NCBI GenBank assembly: GCA_963833425.1
Contig: CAWHXP010000013.1
Coordinates: 160,001-224,000 of the forward strand
Length of the DNA: 64,000 nucleotides
Source of the DNA: an uncultured Methanosarcinaceae archaeon
GTDB lineage: Archaea; Halobacteriota; Methanosarcinia; Methanosarcinales; Methanosarcinaceae
Direction of reading: 5' to 3'
A program made the position numbers and the translations under genes. The notes beneath the pieces are model-generated. The model saw only the letters and a list, made by a program, of their open reading frames with translations. It made no database searches and was not told the DNA's origin. This document shows, piece after piece, positions 1-11,400 of the stretch; the first letter of the stretch is position 1; each line of letters opens with the position of its first letter.

Positions 1-1450
1 TCTTAGTACGGTTGGCTCCTTCAGCTTCTAATTTTGCCTGAAGCAGCCTCTCCTCTGAACGCTTGTGTGCGGTAATATCAAGACCTGTTTGCAGAATGCC
101 AGTAATCCTGTCGTCTTCATCTCTAATAAGATTTGCGCAGATCATCCAGACTTTTCCTTCCGGAGTGATAACTTCTCCTAACTCTTCAGCTCCTGATTCA
201 AGAGCTTTTCTTACGTAAGACTTACCAGAAATCTTGTCGCACATGGTGAAAAATTTTTCATAATAAGATCCTACAACTTCCTCGAGTTTTAAACCGATAT
301 ATTTCAGAGAAGCCTTGTTAGCCCAGACAATTTTCAACTCAAGGTCTACAAGAACTATTAGTTCACTTAGAGAGTTAAGAATAGCCTTTTTTTCATGTTC
401 CTGAGCTTTAAATTTATCAGAAGTCATTTTAAGATGATCAAGCATCCGGTTTATCCCTTCTGTCAGCCTTGATAGCTCATCATCTCCATCCATAGAATAG
501 CGTGCTGCAAAATCTTCGCTCTTTCCAACTTTTTCTATATATTTGTCAATAAGTACTATCCGAGAAACTACTTCTCTGTCAAGAAGAAGCTTGCAGCATG
601 CCCCAACCATCAATCCTGCAAACAAAAGGAAGATAACAATATACCTGAGGGACTTCTGGCCTTCAGCATAGATGTTCCTGTCAGAATTTGTTCGAATAAT
701 AAAAGCGGGGTTTCCGTTTATGTCTTCGTTGATAAAATAACCGGTTACTTTATTTTCTCTGACAGTACGAGTAAAACTCTTGTCTTTGTTTTCTAAAAAG
801 GCTTGTTGGAATTCAGGAAGTGAGCTATCATACTTCTGGAGCGAAATCCGGTTTCCAGTTATAACCTGTAAATATTCTATAAAATTAGCATCAAGATTCT
901 CTCCTAGTATAATTGTTCCAATTATTTCTTTACTATTGGGTGCTGCAAACACAGGCCGACATGAGATAATTACAGGACCATTTTCCAGCACAAGGATCCC
1001 TTTCAAAGGACATTTCTCATCCTTACATAAGAGGCTATTATCAACTATCTTCTGGTCTATTTGTGAATGAATTAAGGCATTACTAGTATTGTTTGAACTC
1101 GAAATCTGAGAGTATATTGTATTCCCTAAACTATTAACACAAAATATAAAGTCGTACTCCCTCGGGGAGAACAGATCAGTGAGTAAAATTTTGCTGAGGG
1201 ATTCACGATCCTGGTTAATCACAAAAGCCCTGATATCTTCCCTTGAAGAAAGTATAGAGTTAGTATTATCCAGTTGTGCAGTCTGCAAATCAATTATATG
1301 TTTCACGTTTTTCGCGTTATCAATTGCTTCTTTTTCTTCCAGGTGGGAGAAGCTCGAATAGAGAATTCCCTGGGATGCAAAAATAACAACAGAAGTTAGA
1401 AGAGCAAAAATTACATAGATGATAATAAGGACCTTTTTACTAACATTCAT
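1..1450 (-). CDS. Membrane sensor histidine kinase (TM-CHASE4-like-TM-HAMP-PAS-HisKA), 3' end runs off the window
   Basis: Manual translation from ATG 1450 gives MNVSKKVLIIIYVIFALLTSVVIFASQ (TM). The window edge is in the same frame and reads GLDITAHKRSEERLLQAKLEAEGANRTK (PAC DIT motif, then start of HisKA). Absent from the ORF track, presumably because it has no stop in the window. Confidence 0.8.
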   Translation of the reverse strand, partial: MNVSKKVLIIIYVIFALLTSVVIFASQGILYSSFSHLEEKEAIDNAKNVKHIIDLQTAQLDNTNSILSSREDIRAFVINQDRESLSKILLTDLFSPREYDFIFCVNSLGNTIYSQISSSNNTSNALIHSQIDQKIVDNSLLCKDEKCPLKGILVLENGPVIISCRPVFAAPNSKEIIGTIILGENLDANFIEYLQVITGNRISLQKYDSSLPEFQQAFLENKDKSFTRTVRENKVTGYFINEDINGNPAFIIRTNSDRNIYAEGQKSLRYIVIFLLFAGLMVGACCKLLLDREVVSRIVLIDKYIEKVGKSEDFAARYSMDGDDELSRLTEGINRMLDHLKMTSDKFKAQEHEKKAILNSLSELIVLVDLELKIVWANKASLKYIGLKLEEVVGSYYEKFFTMCDKISGKSYVRKALESGAEELGEVITPEGKVWMICANLIRDEDDRITGILQTGLDITAHKRSEERLLQAKLEAEGANRTK

Positions 1451-2369
1451 ACTTTATACTCGGGGGATATGCATTAGGTTTGAGCATGAGGTGAGTTTAT
1501 AATAAATTATAAACAGATAATCTTAAAGGAAATACTATATAAAAGTTTTCAATGTATTTATGATTCTAAATGTCTTCAATTCACACCATTTTTACAAATC
1601 ATGATAAAATGAAAAAAAAAATCATTGGAGGTAATGGAATCATCATTTATGACAAAATAGTTTTTACAGTATACACTAATGAAAATTAATCCTTCATAAT
1701 TTTGGATAAAGCAGATTTGACTAAATTTATGAATATATACCATTTTATCATTTAAGAATTGCCGATGGCACAAATACCAAATCCAAAGATGAAGGATAAA
1801 GTAAACCTTCGATTTTTTTCATTTTCATTCAAACCCCAAAATCATCACTTAATTGTAAAGCGAGTTTGTTTTTGGCACTATGATTAAATATGGGTATCAC
1901 CGCATCAGACCTGGATTTGATGTACATTAGAATTAAGCAGCTTTATCTAGGGCTAAGATCAGATCACCTCAAAAATATTTTTGGTACCTAAGTATTGATA
2001 CAACATATGACTACATGAGTAAATTAAAAAGGATTGGTGCCCATCCCTTCACTAGTTTCATGGAGCAGGTAAAGAATTTATTCTATTTGAGGGGGTAGAA
2101 CCTCGATCTCACTCTTTCCGCAATTCCATACCAGCAACTCTCTATCAAAGGTAGCTCAATATTTGAAAAAAAATAATCCTCAAAGACTTTTCAAAGCCAT
2201 TTTTAATTGGAAAAATATATTGTGATGAGTTTCCTTTATCAAGTGGTAAGTTTTATCGATTCTTTGGGGATGTGACAGCTAACAAAACAAAAACTATATT
2301 AAGAAATCTCAGAAGGAGCCGAAAGCAAAGTTTTAATTATCTAGGTTAAAGAAATGCGTTCAAACAAGA

Positions 2370-3064
2370 GAGGATTTTGATAAACTTCGGATTTTATTTA
2401 TTAGATGTAATTTATCGTATCTTCCCCTCAATTTCTCTATTTAATTCCTCTTTTTGGCTTTACTTATTCTCAATTCTTTGATTTTAAAGATAGCTTCCGC
2501 TATCTTCAATATACTTTTTTTATTTCCGCCTCATCTCTCTGTTTTTGCATGTCCTGAATCTGAATGGATAAAAGTAGCATCCTGAATCAGTCCCTGCTTT
2601 ATCTGTAAATCCAGAGCATCAAGTTGGCTTTGCAACTTTTTCCATATTTTCTTTGAAATTCTCGATAATTCTCTTCCTAAATAGCCATACAGTAGTACTA
2701 TAAGGTATGTATTCCGGAAATCCACGGAATTTCCTAAAAGAAATTCGATCTATACACTATTTCTCAAGTTCAAAATCAGAGAGCCTGTACCATTGTTGTA
2801 AAACAAGCATTTTGAACATCACAATGACACCAGTTTCAGGTCTCCCTTCTGAAACGGTTTTGTTAATATACATAGACTAAAGAATAATACGAAAAAGTTT
2901 CTAATCAATTAAGGAAGCAATTTCAGCAATCTTATCTCCAACAGCTTCAAGACGTTATACTCTTCTTTAAGATCAAAATCGATAAGAGTTTTCATGAATA
3001 TACATAAATATTGACAAATTTAAAGTCAACCATGCTCAAGAGCATGGAGGTTCTCGAAATTCTC
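2370..3064 (-). mobile_element. Internally deleted, non-autonomous IS5-family element
   Basis: Near-identical reverse complement of both ends of the element at 16831-17973. Terminal IRs GAGGATTTTGATAAAC / GAGAATTTCGAGAACC, AAGA on both flanks, and a transposase fragment (IQDATFIHSDSGH). Confidence 0.85.
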
Positions 3065-3223
3065 AAGAATCAATTATTTCTAATTTTCGACAAAACTAGA
3101 AGAAGCTAGAAGTATCCCAATCCTTTAGTGTGTGATGTTTCCTTGCTGTCCTTGCAGAAATTTCAAGGCAGTTTCCAGGAGCTTTTCAATTGTATTAAAT
3201 TTCGTATACGGGAAATTATTTCA

Positions 3224-3380
3224 GTTGAATATCCAGTACCTTACTGCGGGGATGAAAACTTTCTGAAAAAGGTTATTAAATAACGAATTTACACTTAAAT
3301 CTACCTTTGCAGTCTAAAATCGAACTATGTCATGCAAACTATTGTATATATAAAATGAGATCACAAATAGTCTTTATTTA
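3224..3380 (+). mobile_element. IS200/IS605-family remnant (left end and 5' part of tnpA)
   Basis: End motif ...TTACTGCGGGGATGAAAAC is shared with 38680-38717. Peptide IELCHANYCIYKMRSQIVF parallels MELSCANHYVSKIRYHMVF at 38770. Confidence 0.6.
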
Positions 3381-3545
3381 TGAAATATCGGGAAAAATTT
3401 ATTTTAGACAAGTATTATCTTTTATAAGAATTATTTGTCTAAACTTTTTCTTTTTTGGCTTTATTTTCATGAGTTTTATCCGTTTTTGCATGTAAAGGAT
3501 CTAAATGTTAAAGCTAGCACATAGAATTATTTACGTTTTTTGTTT

Positions 3546-4005
3546 TCAAACCAAGAAAATTAACTGGTTTTGCAACTGTTCCCATATTTCTTCTCCTTTG
3601 CAGGGATCACTAATTCTTTTTCTGCATGACCAGATTGTGGTACTCCTGTATGTTTTCAGGAAAACCAAGAAATTTTCTGAATAAAATATATCAATACATT
3701 GTTTTTCAAGTTCAAAATCTAAAAGATTTGTCATTCCTGTGAGACACGAATTCAGAACAATGATTAATCAGTTTCAGGTTCGTTCAGAAAACGGTTTTAT
3801 TAAAATATGTACACTCAAAAATGATACGAAAATGTTTACTAATAAATTCAGGAATCAATTTCAACAAGTTTGTTCCCAACAGACGTAATACTTTTGTATT
3901 TTCCTCCAAGAGCAAAATCAGTAAAAATTTTCATGAACGAAATTATTATTTAGCGATTTAAATTCTCCGATAAACAAATGTATGCATATATTTATCAAAA
4001 TTCTC
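3546..4005 (-). mobile_element. Degenerate IS5-family 5' fragment
   Basis: Fragments DFELEKQCID, STTIWS and IWEQLQNQL resemble the 16831 element. IR-like TTTATCAAAATTCTC near 3991-4005. Confidence 0.65.
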
Positions 4006-4302
4006 ATAAAGTTAAAACAAAATATAAGATTTCTGGTGGAATGACGATATGAATAAAATATGTAATTAATTTGGTATCAATATATTAGTAAAGCAACGAT
4101 TCCTTCGGAAAATCCATAGCAAAGATATTTTGAAGAAAAACAACTGGAAGAATTGATTAAACAAAAAAATTGGGGAATAAGATATCAATATAAACAAAAT
4201 TGAGGAGATTGAGGGATCGGAGAACAAGAAGAAAATATGATTTAAAAATAATACATCATCTTAAATATGATCGTTTTATGACGAAAATAATAAAATATGT
4301 AA

Positions 4303-4377
4303 TGGGATAGCGCGGATTTGAACCGCGGTCCAAGCGTCCCAAACGCTCGAGGATGGACCAAGCTACCCTACTATCCC
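4303..4377 (-). tRNA. tRNA-Pro (anticodon TGG)
   Basis: Reverse complement GGGATAGTAGGGTAGCTTGGTCCATCCTCGAGCGTTTGGGACGCTTGGACCGCGGTTCAAATCCGCGCTATCCCA folds as a cloverleaf: acceptor GGGATAG/CTATCCC, anticodon loop TTTGGGA, T-loop TTCAAAT. TATA-like TTATATAA upstream. Confidence 0.95.
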
Positions 4378-5039
4378 AAGGATACCTGATTCCAAAGGTT
4401 ATTCTACCTTATATAATTTTCGTTAGAATAGGCTTTGTACGTAAACTCTTTTTTGCACGAAAATTCTGGACTTACTAACAAGTTCGGGTAGGGAGGAGTA
4501 ACAAAAATTGGATTAATTTTCATACCAAATCATTAATGTTTTTAGTAGAGTACGAAGCGTATGTTGAGCTTGGGTTTGTAGCAGAAAAGTTATTATTCTT
4601 GTTTGCATGATAAGGAAATGGACTTATTTTTTTGTAAACTGAAAAATAGGAATTATTTATTAGATGCTTCTTTTAATTTTTCAACAATTATCTCTGCATC
4701 GTGTCCTTTAAATACATTTAAATAACTGAGAAGAAACCTTTCCAAGAAGTCGGACTTTTTGGATTCTCAAACATAGCAAGTTTGTCTTTCAAATCTGAAA
4801 TCGGAATTCCATTTTTCAGCTTTCAAAATATAAACCTGATGCACATTTACTTGGACTGGGTATATGCCATTTTTCTAAATACGAAATTCATCTAAAAAGG
4901 GTATTGAGGTGATTTCTAATAATCCTACGAAGCGTGATAATTTTTGACATAACATATTAGGAAATTACCGGGATTCGTCTTTTCCATACGTCTTTGTTTA
5001 TTTAAATTTGTACCATATACCGACGAACCGTTATCTAAA

Positions 5040-5290
5040 AATTCGTTCCATGTTTCTTCATTTTCTCCAAAGAATTCTCTTCTCTAGAACCCACTTTTTT
5101 TAATGAATCTACACACTATTCATGGATTATGAAGCTATTTTTTGAATCTTCTGATAATCCCAGAATATTTGTATATTATGCTATGAAGTTTATATCCAAT
5201 TTTTGACGTGCAATTCTTTTTTGCCTAGGTTCCATCTCTGCTTCTCCATGTTTTGCTTCATTTTTTCGAGGTTTATCCACTTTTGCATGT
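5040..5290 (-). mobile_element. Degenerate IS5-family transposase internal fragment
   Basis: Minus strand reads HAKVDKPRKNEAK...RSRDGT*AKK...GYKLHSI, homologous to HAKADKPRGDEAKTRRSRDGTWTKK at 17305. Confidence 0.7.
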
Positions 5291-5326
5291 CAAAGTATAA
5301 TGACTATAATATATCTATAATATATC

Positions 5327-6327
5327 GGCTCTGTAGAAATACTCTAAATTGAACTTTTACACCAGTATCATAACTATTCAGTTATAATATTCTTCTTATT
5401 TTTTTCGCTAAAAACGAAGGAACATTCAAGATTGAAGTTTAATAAGTACATTAAATTTGTTGATACTAGTCTTGAAACTGTTCAGTCTTCGAGACTGAAG
5501 CTTTATTCCTGCAAGTATTCAAAACACGTTTATACTCAGCATCAGCTTCTTTCACTGGTTTTATTGAAAGAGTATATTAGTACAGACTATCGAGATTTTG
5601 TAGAATTTATTGACCTTATGAGCGATATAAAAGAAAAACTTGCTCTTGATAAGATTCCACATTTCACTACCCTTCAAAAGTTTGTAACTAGGATTCCCTC
5701 CTCTCTGTTTAACCTTCTTCTGTCAAGGATTCTAAAGCTGTTTTACTCATATGGAGAAAATGTCTCTGTTGCAGCGATTGACGCAACAGGATTTACGAGT
5801 TCATATGCAAGTTGTTATTATTCCAGAAAAACAGGGAAGCTTCGAAGAAGCTTCCTGAGAACTTCAATGTCAGTGGACACAAGTAAAAAGATAATATTGG
5901 GATGGAAAATTAGTCAAAAAACAGACCATGAAATCAAACATGCAAATGCTCTGATAAGGCAATCAAATAAGATGAGAAAGTCTGATTGTTATGTAATGGA
6001 TAAAGGATACGATTCAGAAAAAATACATTCTATAATTAGAGAAGAAATCAAAGCAGATTCAATTATACCTGTAAGAGAGAGAAAAAGAAAGAAAATAAGA
6101 GGTAAATATAGAAACCAGTTGAATCTGGTCTTTGACAAAATTAAATATAATCAAAGAAATATCGTGGAGACAATATTTTATGTAGTTAAAAGAAAATTAG
6201 GAGAAACACTGAGGGCAAGGAAATTCCGTTATCAAGTGAAAGAGATTAAAATTAAATTAATAATATACAACATAAACAAAAAAGTTGTAGAGGTAATTGG
6301 CATCAAATTGAGGATTTCTACAGAGCC
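5327..6327 (+). mobile_element. Complete ~1.0-kb DDE insertion sequence (IS5/IS4-superfamily type)
   Basis: Perfect 14-bp terminal IRs GGCTCTGTAGAAAT (5327-5340) and ATTTCTACAGAGCC (6314-6327). Confidence 0.9.
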
Positions 6328-6349
6328 AATTTATATAATATATATATAG
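5432..6349 (+). CDS. DDE transposase (DDE_Tnp_1-like), apparently intact
   Basis: 305-aa ORF with IDATGF, MDKGYDS and RNIVET catalytic motifs. It reads through the right IR. Confidence 0.85.
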   Translation: MKFNKYIKFVDTSLETVQSSRLKLYSCKYSKHVYTQHQLLSLVLLKEYISTDYRDFVEFIDLMSDIKEKLALDKIPHFTTLQKFVTRIPSSLFNLLLSRILKLFYSYGENVSVAAIDATGFTSSYASCYYSRKTGKLRRSFLRTSMSVDTSKKIILGWKISQKTDHEIKHANALIRQSNKMRKSDCYVMDKGYDSEKIHSIIREEIKADSIIPVRERKRKKIRGKYRNQLNLVFDKIKYNQRNIVETIFYVVKRKLGETLRARKFRYQVKEIKIKLIIYNINKKVVEVIGIKLRISTEPIYIIYI

Positions 6350-6439
6350 CGCTCTCAATCATTACTTTTTTATTTTCAAATTAAAATATTATGTTAGCTT
6401 TGTAACTGTCCCTATATTTATTTCATTGCAGTTTTAATT

Positions 6440-6630
6440 TATTTTTTATGAATGATCAGACTGTGGTATTGTCTGGTATGTACTCAGGAAAACCAATAAA
6501 TTTTCTGAAGATGTTTGTATTCTTCTTTAAGAGCAAAATCAGTGAGAGTCTTCATGAGTATAAATTATTTTTAAGAAACTTAAAGCTATCCAATAATAAA
6601 ACGCATAGGAATTTATTGAAATTTTCTATT
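6440..6630 (-). mobile_element. Degenerate IS5-family 5' fragment
   Basis: Minus strand ATGAAGACTCTCACTGATTTTGCTCTTAAAGAAGAATAC matches the 5' end of the transposase at 16900, followed by an internal deletion. Confidence 0.6.
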
Positions 6631-6751
6631 GTTTTATATCCATAGGACCCTGCAGGAAATGAGAACGTCTCTTTTTCCTATCCAAACTTCATCCTGATTA
6701 TCGACTAACAAAAATAACTATATATTTTTGAAGAAATCCTTTCCAAAATCC

Positions 6752-7757
6752 CTATTTATTCCCTGAAATATGAAAATATTTCTCAAGCAGAGGTAAAACC
6801 ATTTCTTCCAGTTTTTCCTTTTCCTTAAGACTCTCAATCCAGGAGCCCGGCACTGCCTCAATTCCTAGCATAGCTCCAAGAATACTCCTGCAATACTGGC
6901 TACAGAGTCTGAGTCTCCTGTGATGTTTACTGCGGTTTGTAAAGCTTTTCTATAGTCTTTAGATAACGCAAAATACAGAAATATGCAAGGGCAAAAGCTT
7001 CATCCGGATACCAGCCCTGCCTGAGTTTCCTCAGCACATCTTCGTCCTCAATGACAGAATGAGCGATTTCGTAAGAATTTTACAGGGCTTTAGTGAATTT
7101 CTGAGAAATTCCTTCAGTTACTTAAGAATTGGTTTAAACATTTCCCAAGGTTCAACTCCATCAAGGGCTAGCTTCACGATATAAGCACCTGCAATAGATG
7201 CAGCATCTGAAATTGGGTGTGAATGAGTGATTCTGCTTGAAAATAAAGCTGCTTTGATTAGTTTTTCGGGGCTATTCCGATAAATGAAACCTAAACCCCA
7301 CCCGAATCAAGCTCCCACATGTTTTAGATTTGATCCCTGAATTGTTCCAGTGCATGCCTTCCCTAAGCTTCAGAGCTGCACCTCTAGAAGTTACTCCTGC
7401 TCTTATGTCAGGTTCTTCCAGCCAGAGAACAAGTTCTTCTGCAATATGGTCCATAAGCTCAGGAAGTTCAAGTATCTGCTCCCCTTAATAGGCTCCTTAA
7501 AAGTACAAGCATTAACTGAGTGTCATCTGTCCAGGAAGAATCTGGGAGGAGATCGAGAATCCCCTTTTCCCCGTTTCTTTAATTTCATCAAGGGTGAGAT
7601 GTTCAACAGGAAGCCCAAGAGCATCCCCGCAGGCACTGCCGAAGAGATAACCTCTTAGTTTTTTTCGATATCCAAAGTATCCTGTATATTTCCTATTCTC
7701 ATTGTTCGAACACGAATATACGGGCCTAAAAGGATCTTTGACGTAATCTCTCTTCAT
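6752..7757 (-). pseudogene. ADP-ribosylglycohydrolase (DraG/ARH family) pseudogene
   Basis: LRGYLFGSACGDALGLPVE at the N-terminus and GDSDSVASIAGVFLGAMLG at the C-terminus, split over several frames with stops. Confidence 0.8.
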
Positions 7758-7799
7758 TTTTTCCCATAATTTCGATTATTCTATTAATTAATTTTGTAC

Positions 7800-8220
7800 G
7801 TTTCTCAACTTGAGAATGTTTTAATATCTGTAATCTTCTTTTTAAAATATTCTCTTTGCACTATCTCGTTTAATCCTCTTATATTAGTATTCGTAATACG
7901 ATGCACATAATTGTTGCATTTTTTTCATAACAATAAGTGCCTTTGATATCAGATTGATTTTTTCTGCTATTTTACAAACCCTTCAATTTGCGATTTTTCT
8001 TTATTACTGCTGTCTTAGTAATCTGCTTTAAATTCACATACTATCTTAAATCCACCTTGAGTGACGCTCTAGTTTTAGAATTTATTCGCAGATCAGTATA
8101 CATTTGAAACAATTCCAAGCCATGAAGCAAGCTTATCTCCTTAAGAAAAATTCTTGAAATTATGTATTTAAGCAATTAGAGTCGCAGCACCAATTTTCCA
8201 ATGTTCCGAACATACATTTT
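7800..8220 (-). mobile_element. Heavily degenerate IS110-family transposase fragment
   Basis: Minus strand contains ATLIA...GDKLASWLGIVSNVY*SA, typical of the IS110 Transposase_20 region. Many stops and frameshifts. Confidence 0.6.
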
Positions 8221-8590
8221 GAATCTACAGAATTTTCGGTACACTGCCGGTTTTATTGATCATCTGGTACAAAATATGCTTTTTTGGCCAAAATATTAGA
8301 GAACTAGCCAGTATTCTTTGATAATTATAAATATGCAAGTTTAATTAAAAAGTATTAAATAGTGTATTTATTCCCTATTTTTTAGGGATATTTTGATAAT
8401 TAAAGCTTTTTAATATGAATTAATCGATTCAATCAGGTATTATTCGGCACTTTTATTCGATAAATTAAATCAAGTTAGGGCTTTATTAGTCAAGTTATGA
8501 TTGAAATTGGTAACTATTTGAGAATTAATTTTTATGAAAATAGTAAATCAACAATATTTTAAACAATTTAAAAAGTCCATTTAAGCTTTA

Positions 8591-9445
8591 GGTTCCGTTG
8601 CAAAAAATCCTTTCTACTGATACAATAGAATAAAAAGAAAACCAAAGATAGTAACATGCTATCTAATTCCTTTAAATGGAAGCATTATGAAGGGGAAATT
8701 ATCCTATTGAATGTAAGATGGTACTTAAAATATGCATTAAGTTATAGAAATTTAAAGGAAATGATGATAGAAAGAGGAATTCAAGTTGATCACAGTACTA
8801 TAATGAGATGGGTACATCAATATTCCCCTGAAATAGAAAAGAAGATAAGAAGACATTTAAGACCAACAAATAATTCGTAGAGAGTTGATGAAACCTATAT
8901 CAAAGTAAAAGGTAAATGGAAATATTTTTACCGAGCAGTTGACTCAAATGGAGATACAATTGATTTCATGTTAAGTTCAAAACGAAATAGAAAAGCAGCG
9001 AAGAGATTCTTTAAGAAAGCTTTAAGTTCTAATCATAATCAAATTCCAAGAGTAATAACCGTTGATAAGAATCCAGCTTATCCATCTGCTATAGATAAAC
9101 TAAAAATTGATAAAATACTACCTAAAAACGTAGGCATTCGACAAATCAAGTATTTGAATAACATTATAGAACAAGATCACAGATCTATAAAGCGAATCGT
9201 TAATCCAATGTTAGGGCTTCAGTCTTTTCGATCTGCTAATAAGACTTTAAAAGGGATTGAAGCTATAAATATGATCAAAAAAGGACAAGTAATCGATCTA
9301 AATTACTCTGTTCTTAATGAAGTCAAATACATTAATCAATTATTTGGTATAGCTTTATAATATTAGTACATTTTCCTTGAATATTTTGATTTTTATTAAT
9401 TACTTATAGATTTACATATTTTTTTGAAGTTTTTGCAACGGAACC
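8591..9445 (+). mobile_element. IS6-family insertion sequence (855 bp)
   Basis: 16-bp IRs GGTTCCGTTGCAAAAA / TTTTTGCAACGGAACC. Transposase motifs VDETY, TVDK and IEQDHR. Confidence 0.92.
8656..9360 (+). pseudogene. IS6 transposase interrupted by a single in-frame TAG (8878-8880)
   Basis: ORFs 8656-8880 and 8968-9360 are in one frame. TAG occupies the Trp (TGG) codon of NDSWRVDET seen in the 46894 copy. Confidence 0.85.
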
Positions 9446-9749
9446 GCTTTTTGTTATAATCTATTAGTTGATAAAATTGAGAATAAAGGAAATATTGTAA
9501 GGTTGTTGGCAGCTACTTTAAAATCAGAGAATAATTATCCAGAAAAAATAGGGCCAAACATAGAAATTAGCGAGAAAGATTCACCGAATTCTAGCAAAGA
9601 AAATAGAGGTAAATCGAAATCCTCTCCATTTTTTAGATATACCTATAATCAGTCTTTTTTGATGATCTTTACATTAAACTTAATAAATTATTCAACAAAA
9701 TATTTCCCCTTTTGGATCTGGATTGAAAGTTTTTCGGTAATGAACTTTT

Positions 9750-10985
9750 TCATCCCACAGGCAATCCAAGTGAGTTGATCTGCTCTATAAGCTCAGTGAA
9801 ATTTTCAATTTCAAGCTCTAGAACTTCCTCTTTGGTCATACCTATTGACATTTCGCCATCTACGGAAAGACATTCCGGCCCCCTTCGAACAAGCCTATTA
9901 ACACCGTCTATTTTAAAAATTTCTTTTATTTCCATATCATGCACAAAGGCTCTGCCTGGAATAAAGACAGTCTCACTCACTTCAGTCATGTCTAGTGCTT
10001 TAAAATCTTCAATAGTAACTAGGCATCCGATGTCCTTATTTAAGGGAACAACATTTACAGTACCACCAAGGGCATTAAAGATTTCTCTCAACCTTGGGGC
10101 TGCTATCTGACCTGTAATAACAGTAGCTTTTTTTGTGACCTTAGGAAGCCTACCAAGGGCTTCAGGAACGTTTCGGATGGCAAAAGGGGAACCAATTAAA
10201 GGGTCTTCGAGTGGAGTTCCTGTGATTCTAATGGAAGGGTATTTTGCTGCAAAACTGCGTACAAGCTTTGAGAATTCTGGAACTGTGTGTGGATTTATAC
10301 CCGGCATTATAGGAGCATTGTTAAGGATCAGCCCATTTTCCGGGAAGTTTGCAAATCTCATAAGAATTGCTCCTTTTGCACCCATGATTTCAAGGTCACT
10401 AAGGGTTTTATCGAGGATTTCTCCATCATTTACTCCCGGAATAAGTACTATTGCTCCATATACATTACAGTGAGTGCAGAAGTCTCGAAGAACCTGTAAC
10501 GAAGCATCAGGTTCCGGGTCTTTCATATATTTGGCTCTTAAAGCCGAATCCGTTGCAAAGACTGTAAAACTTACTTCTGTGGTTCCATGGTCAATGTAGA
10601 AAAGAGCATCTTTAGGGTTGTTGAAACCTTTCCCACTTGTATACCCCAGATGTATCGCAGTTTTGAATTGAGACAAGAACGTAACAAGATTTCTCAGTTC
10701 GGGGTAGCAGCTTAAATCGCCTCCTCCACTGATCGTGAATTTTTTAATCTCTTTGTTCGCGAAATATAGTTTTCTTGAAGTTTCTTCCAGTACCAACTGA
10801 AGGGGTTTAAAGCCGGAGTATGCTTCCTTCACACCCCGGATGCAATAATCACACCCTTTTTTGAAAGGGAGACAGTGCTTGCAACCCAAAGGCTGAATTT
10901 CTTTTACTTTCTTAAAATAACAATATTTGCAAAAACCTCTGCAGTCTACACCGGGATTTCCACCCACATCGACAACTACTTCCAT
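9750..10985 (-). CDS. mmp10: Methanogenesis marker protein 10, B12-dependent radical SAM MCR arginine methyltransferase
   Basis: CRGFCKYC (CX3CX2C) plus CKHC/CDYC, divergent from mcrB as in other Methanosarcina. Confidence 0.93.
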   Translation of the reverse strand: MEVVVDVGGNPGVDCRGFCKYCYFKKVKEIQPLGCKHCLPFKKGCDYCIRGVKEAYSGFKPLQLVLEETSRKLYFANKEIKKFTISGGGDLSCYPELRNLVTFLSQFKTAIHLGYTSGKGFNNPKDALFYIDHGTTEVSFTVFATDSALRAKYMKDPEPDASLQVLRDFCTHCNVYGAIVLIPGVNDGEILDKTLSDLEIMGAKGAILMRFANFPENGLILNNAPIMPGINPHTVPEFSKLVRSFAAKYPSIRITGTPLEDPLIGSPFAIRNVPEALGRLPKVTKKATVITGQIAAPRLREIFNALGGTVNVVPLNKDIGCLVTIEDFKALDMTEVSETVFIPGRAFVHDMEIKEIFKIDGVNRLVRRGPECLSVDGEMSIGMTKEEVLELEIENFTELIEQINSLGLPVG

Positions 10986-11252
10986 ATTAAACTTTCGTAT
11001 TATAGGAATATTACTAAAGCCTTTTGGTGTGATTCACAGGCTTGGGACGCTACATACGAAAAAGTGGACGCCTAACTCTCGTTTTATTAATAAAAAATTT
11101 AGTAGTCCTTTTTACATCTTCGATGATTTTGAGCAGTATTCGTAAATTAATTGGTCAAAAAATACCGTTTTTTTTAAATATATTTATTAGACTAATTTTT
11201 ATCTTACTACCCCAATTTTTAAAAACAATACCGATTAATTGACAGACAACAC

Positions 11253-11266
11253 AAAAGATTTAAGTA
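11253..11266 (+). promoter_or_regulatory. mcr operon BRE/TATA promoter
   Basis: AAAAGATTTAAGTA about 135 bp upstream of mcrB resembles the Methanosarcina mcrB promoter box. Confidence 0.65.
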
Positions 11267-11400
11267 CATTCCAAACGAATGAATTTCCATTGGGAAAGTG
11301 ACACTCAAAAGCGATTAGATACTTGATTTATTGAGTGCAAGAGCACCTTAGTAGGTGATCAATCCCATAAATGATTTTAACAAATAAGGAGGAAATTAAA

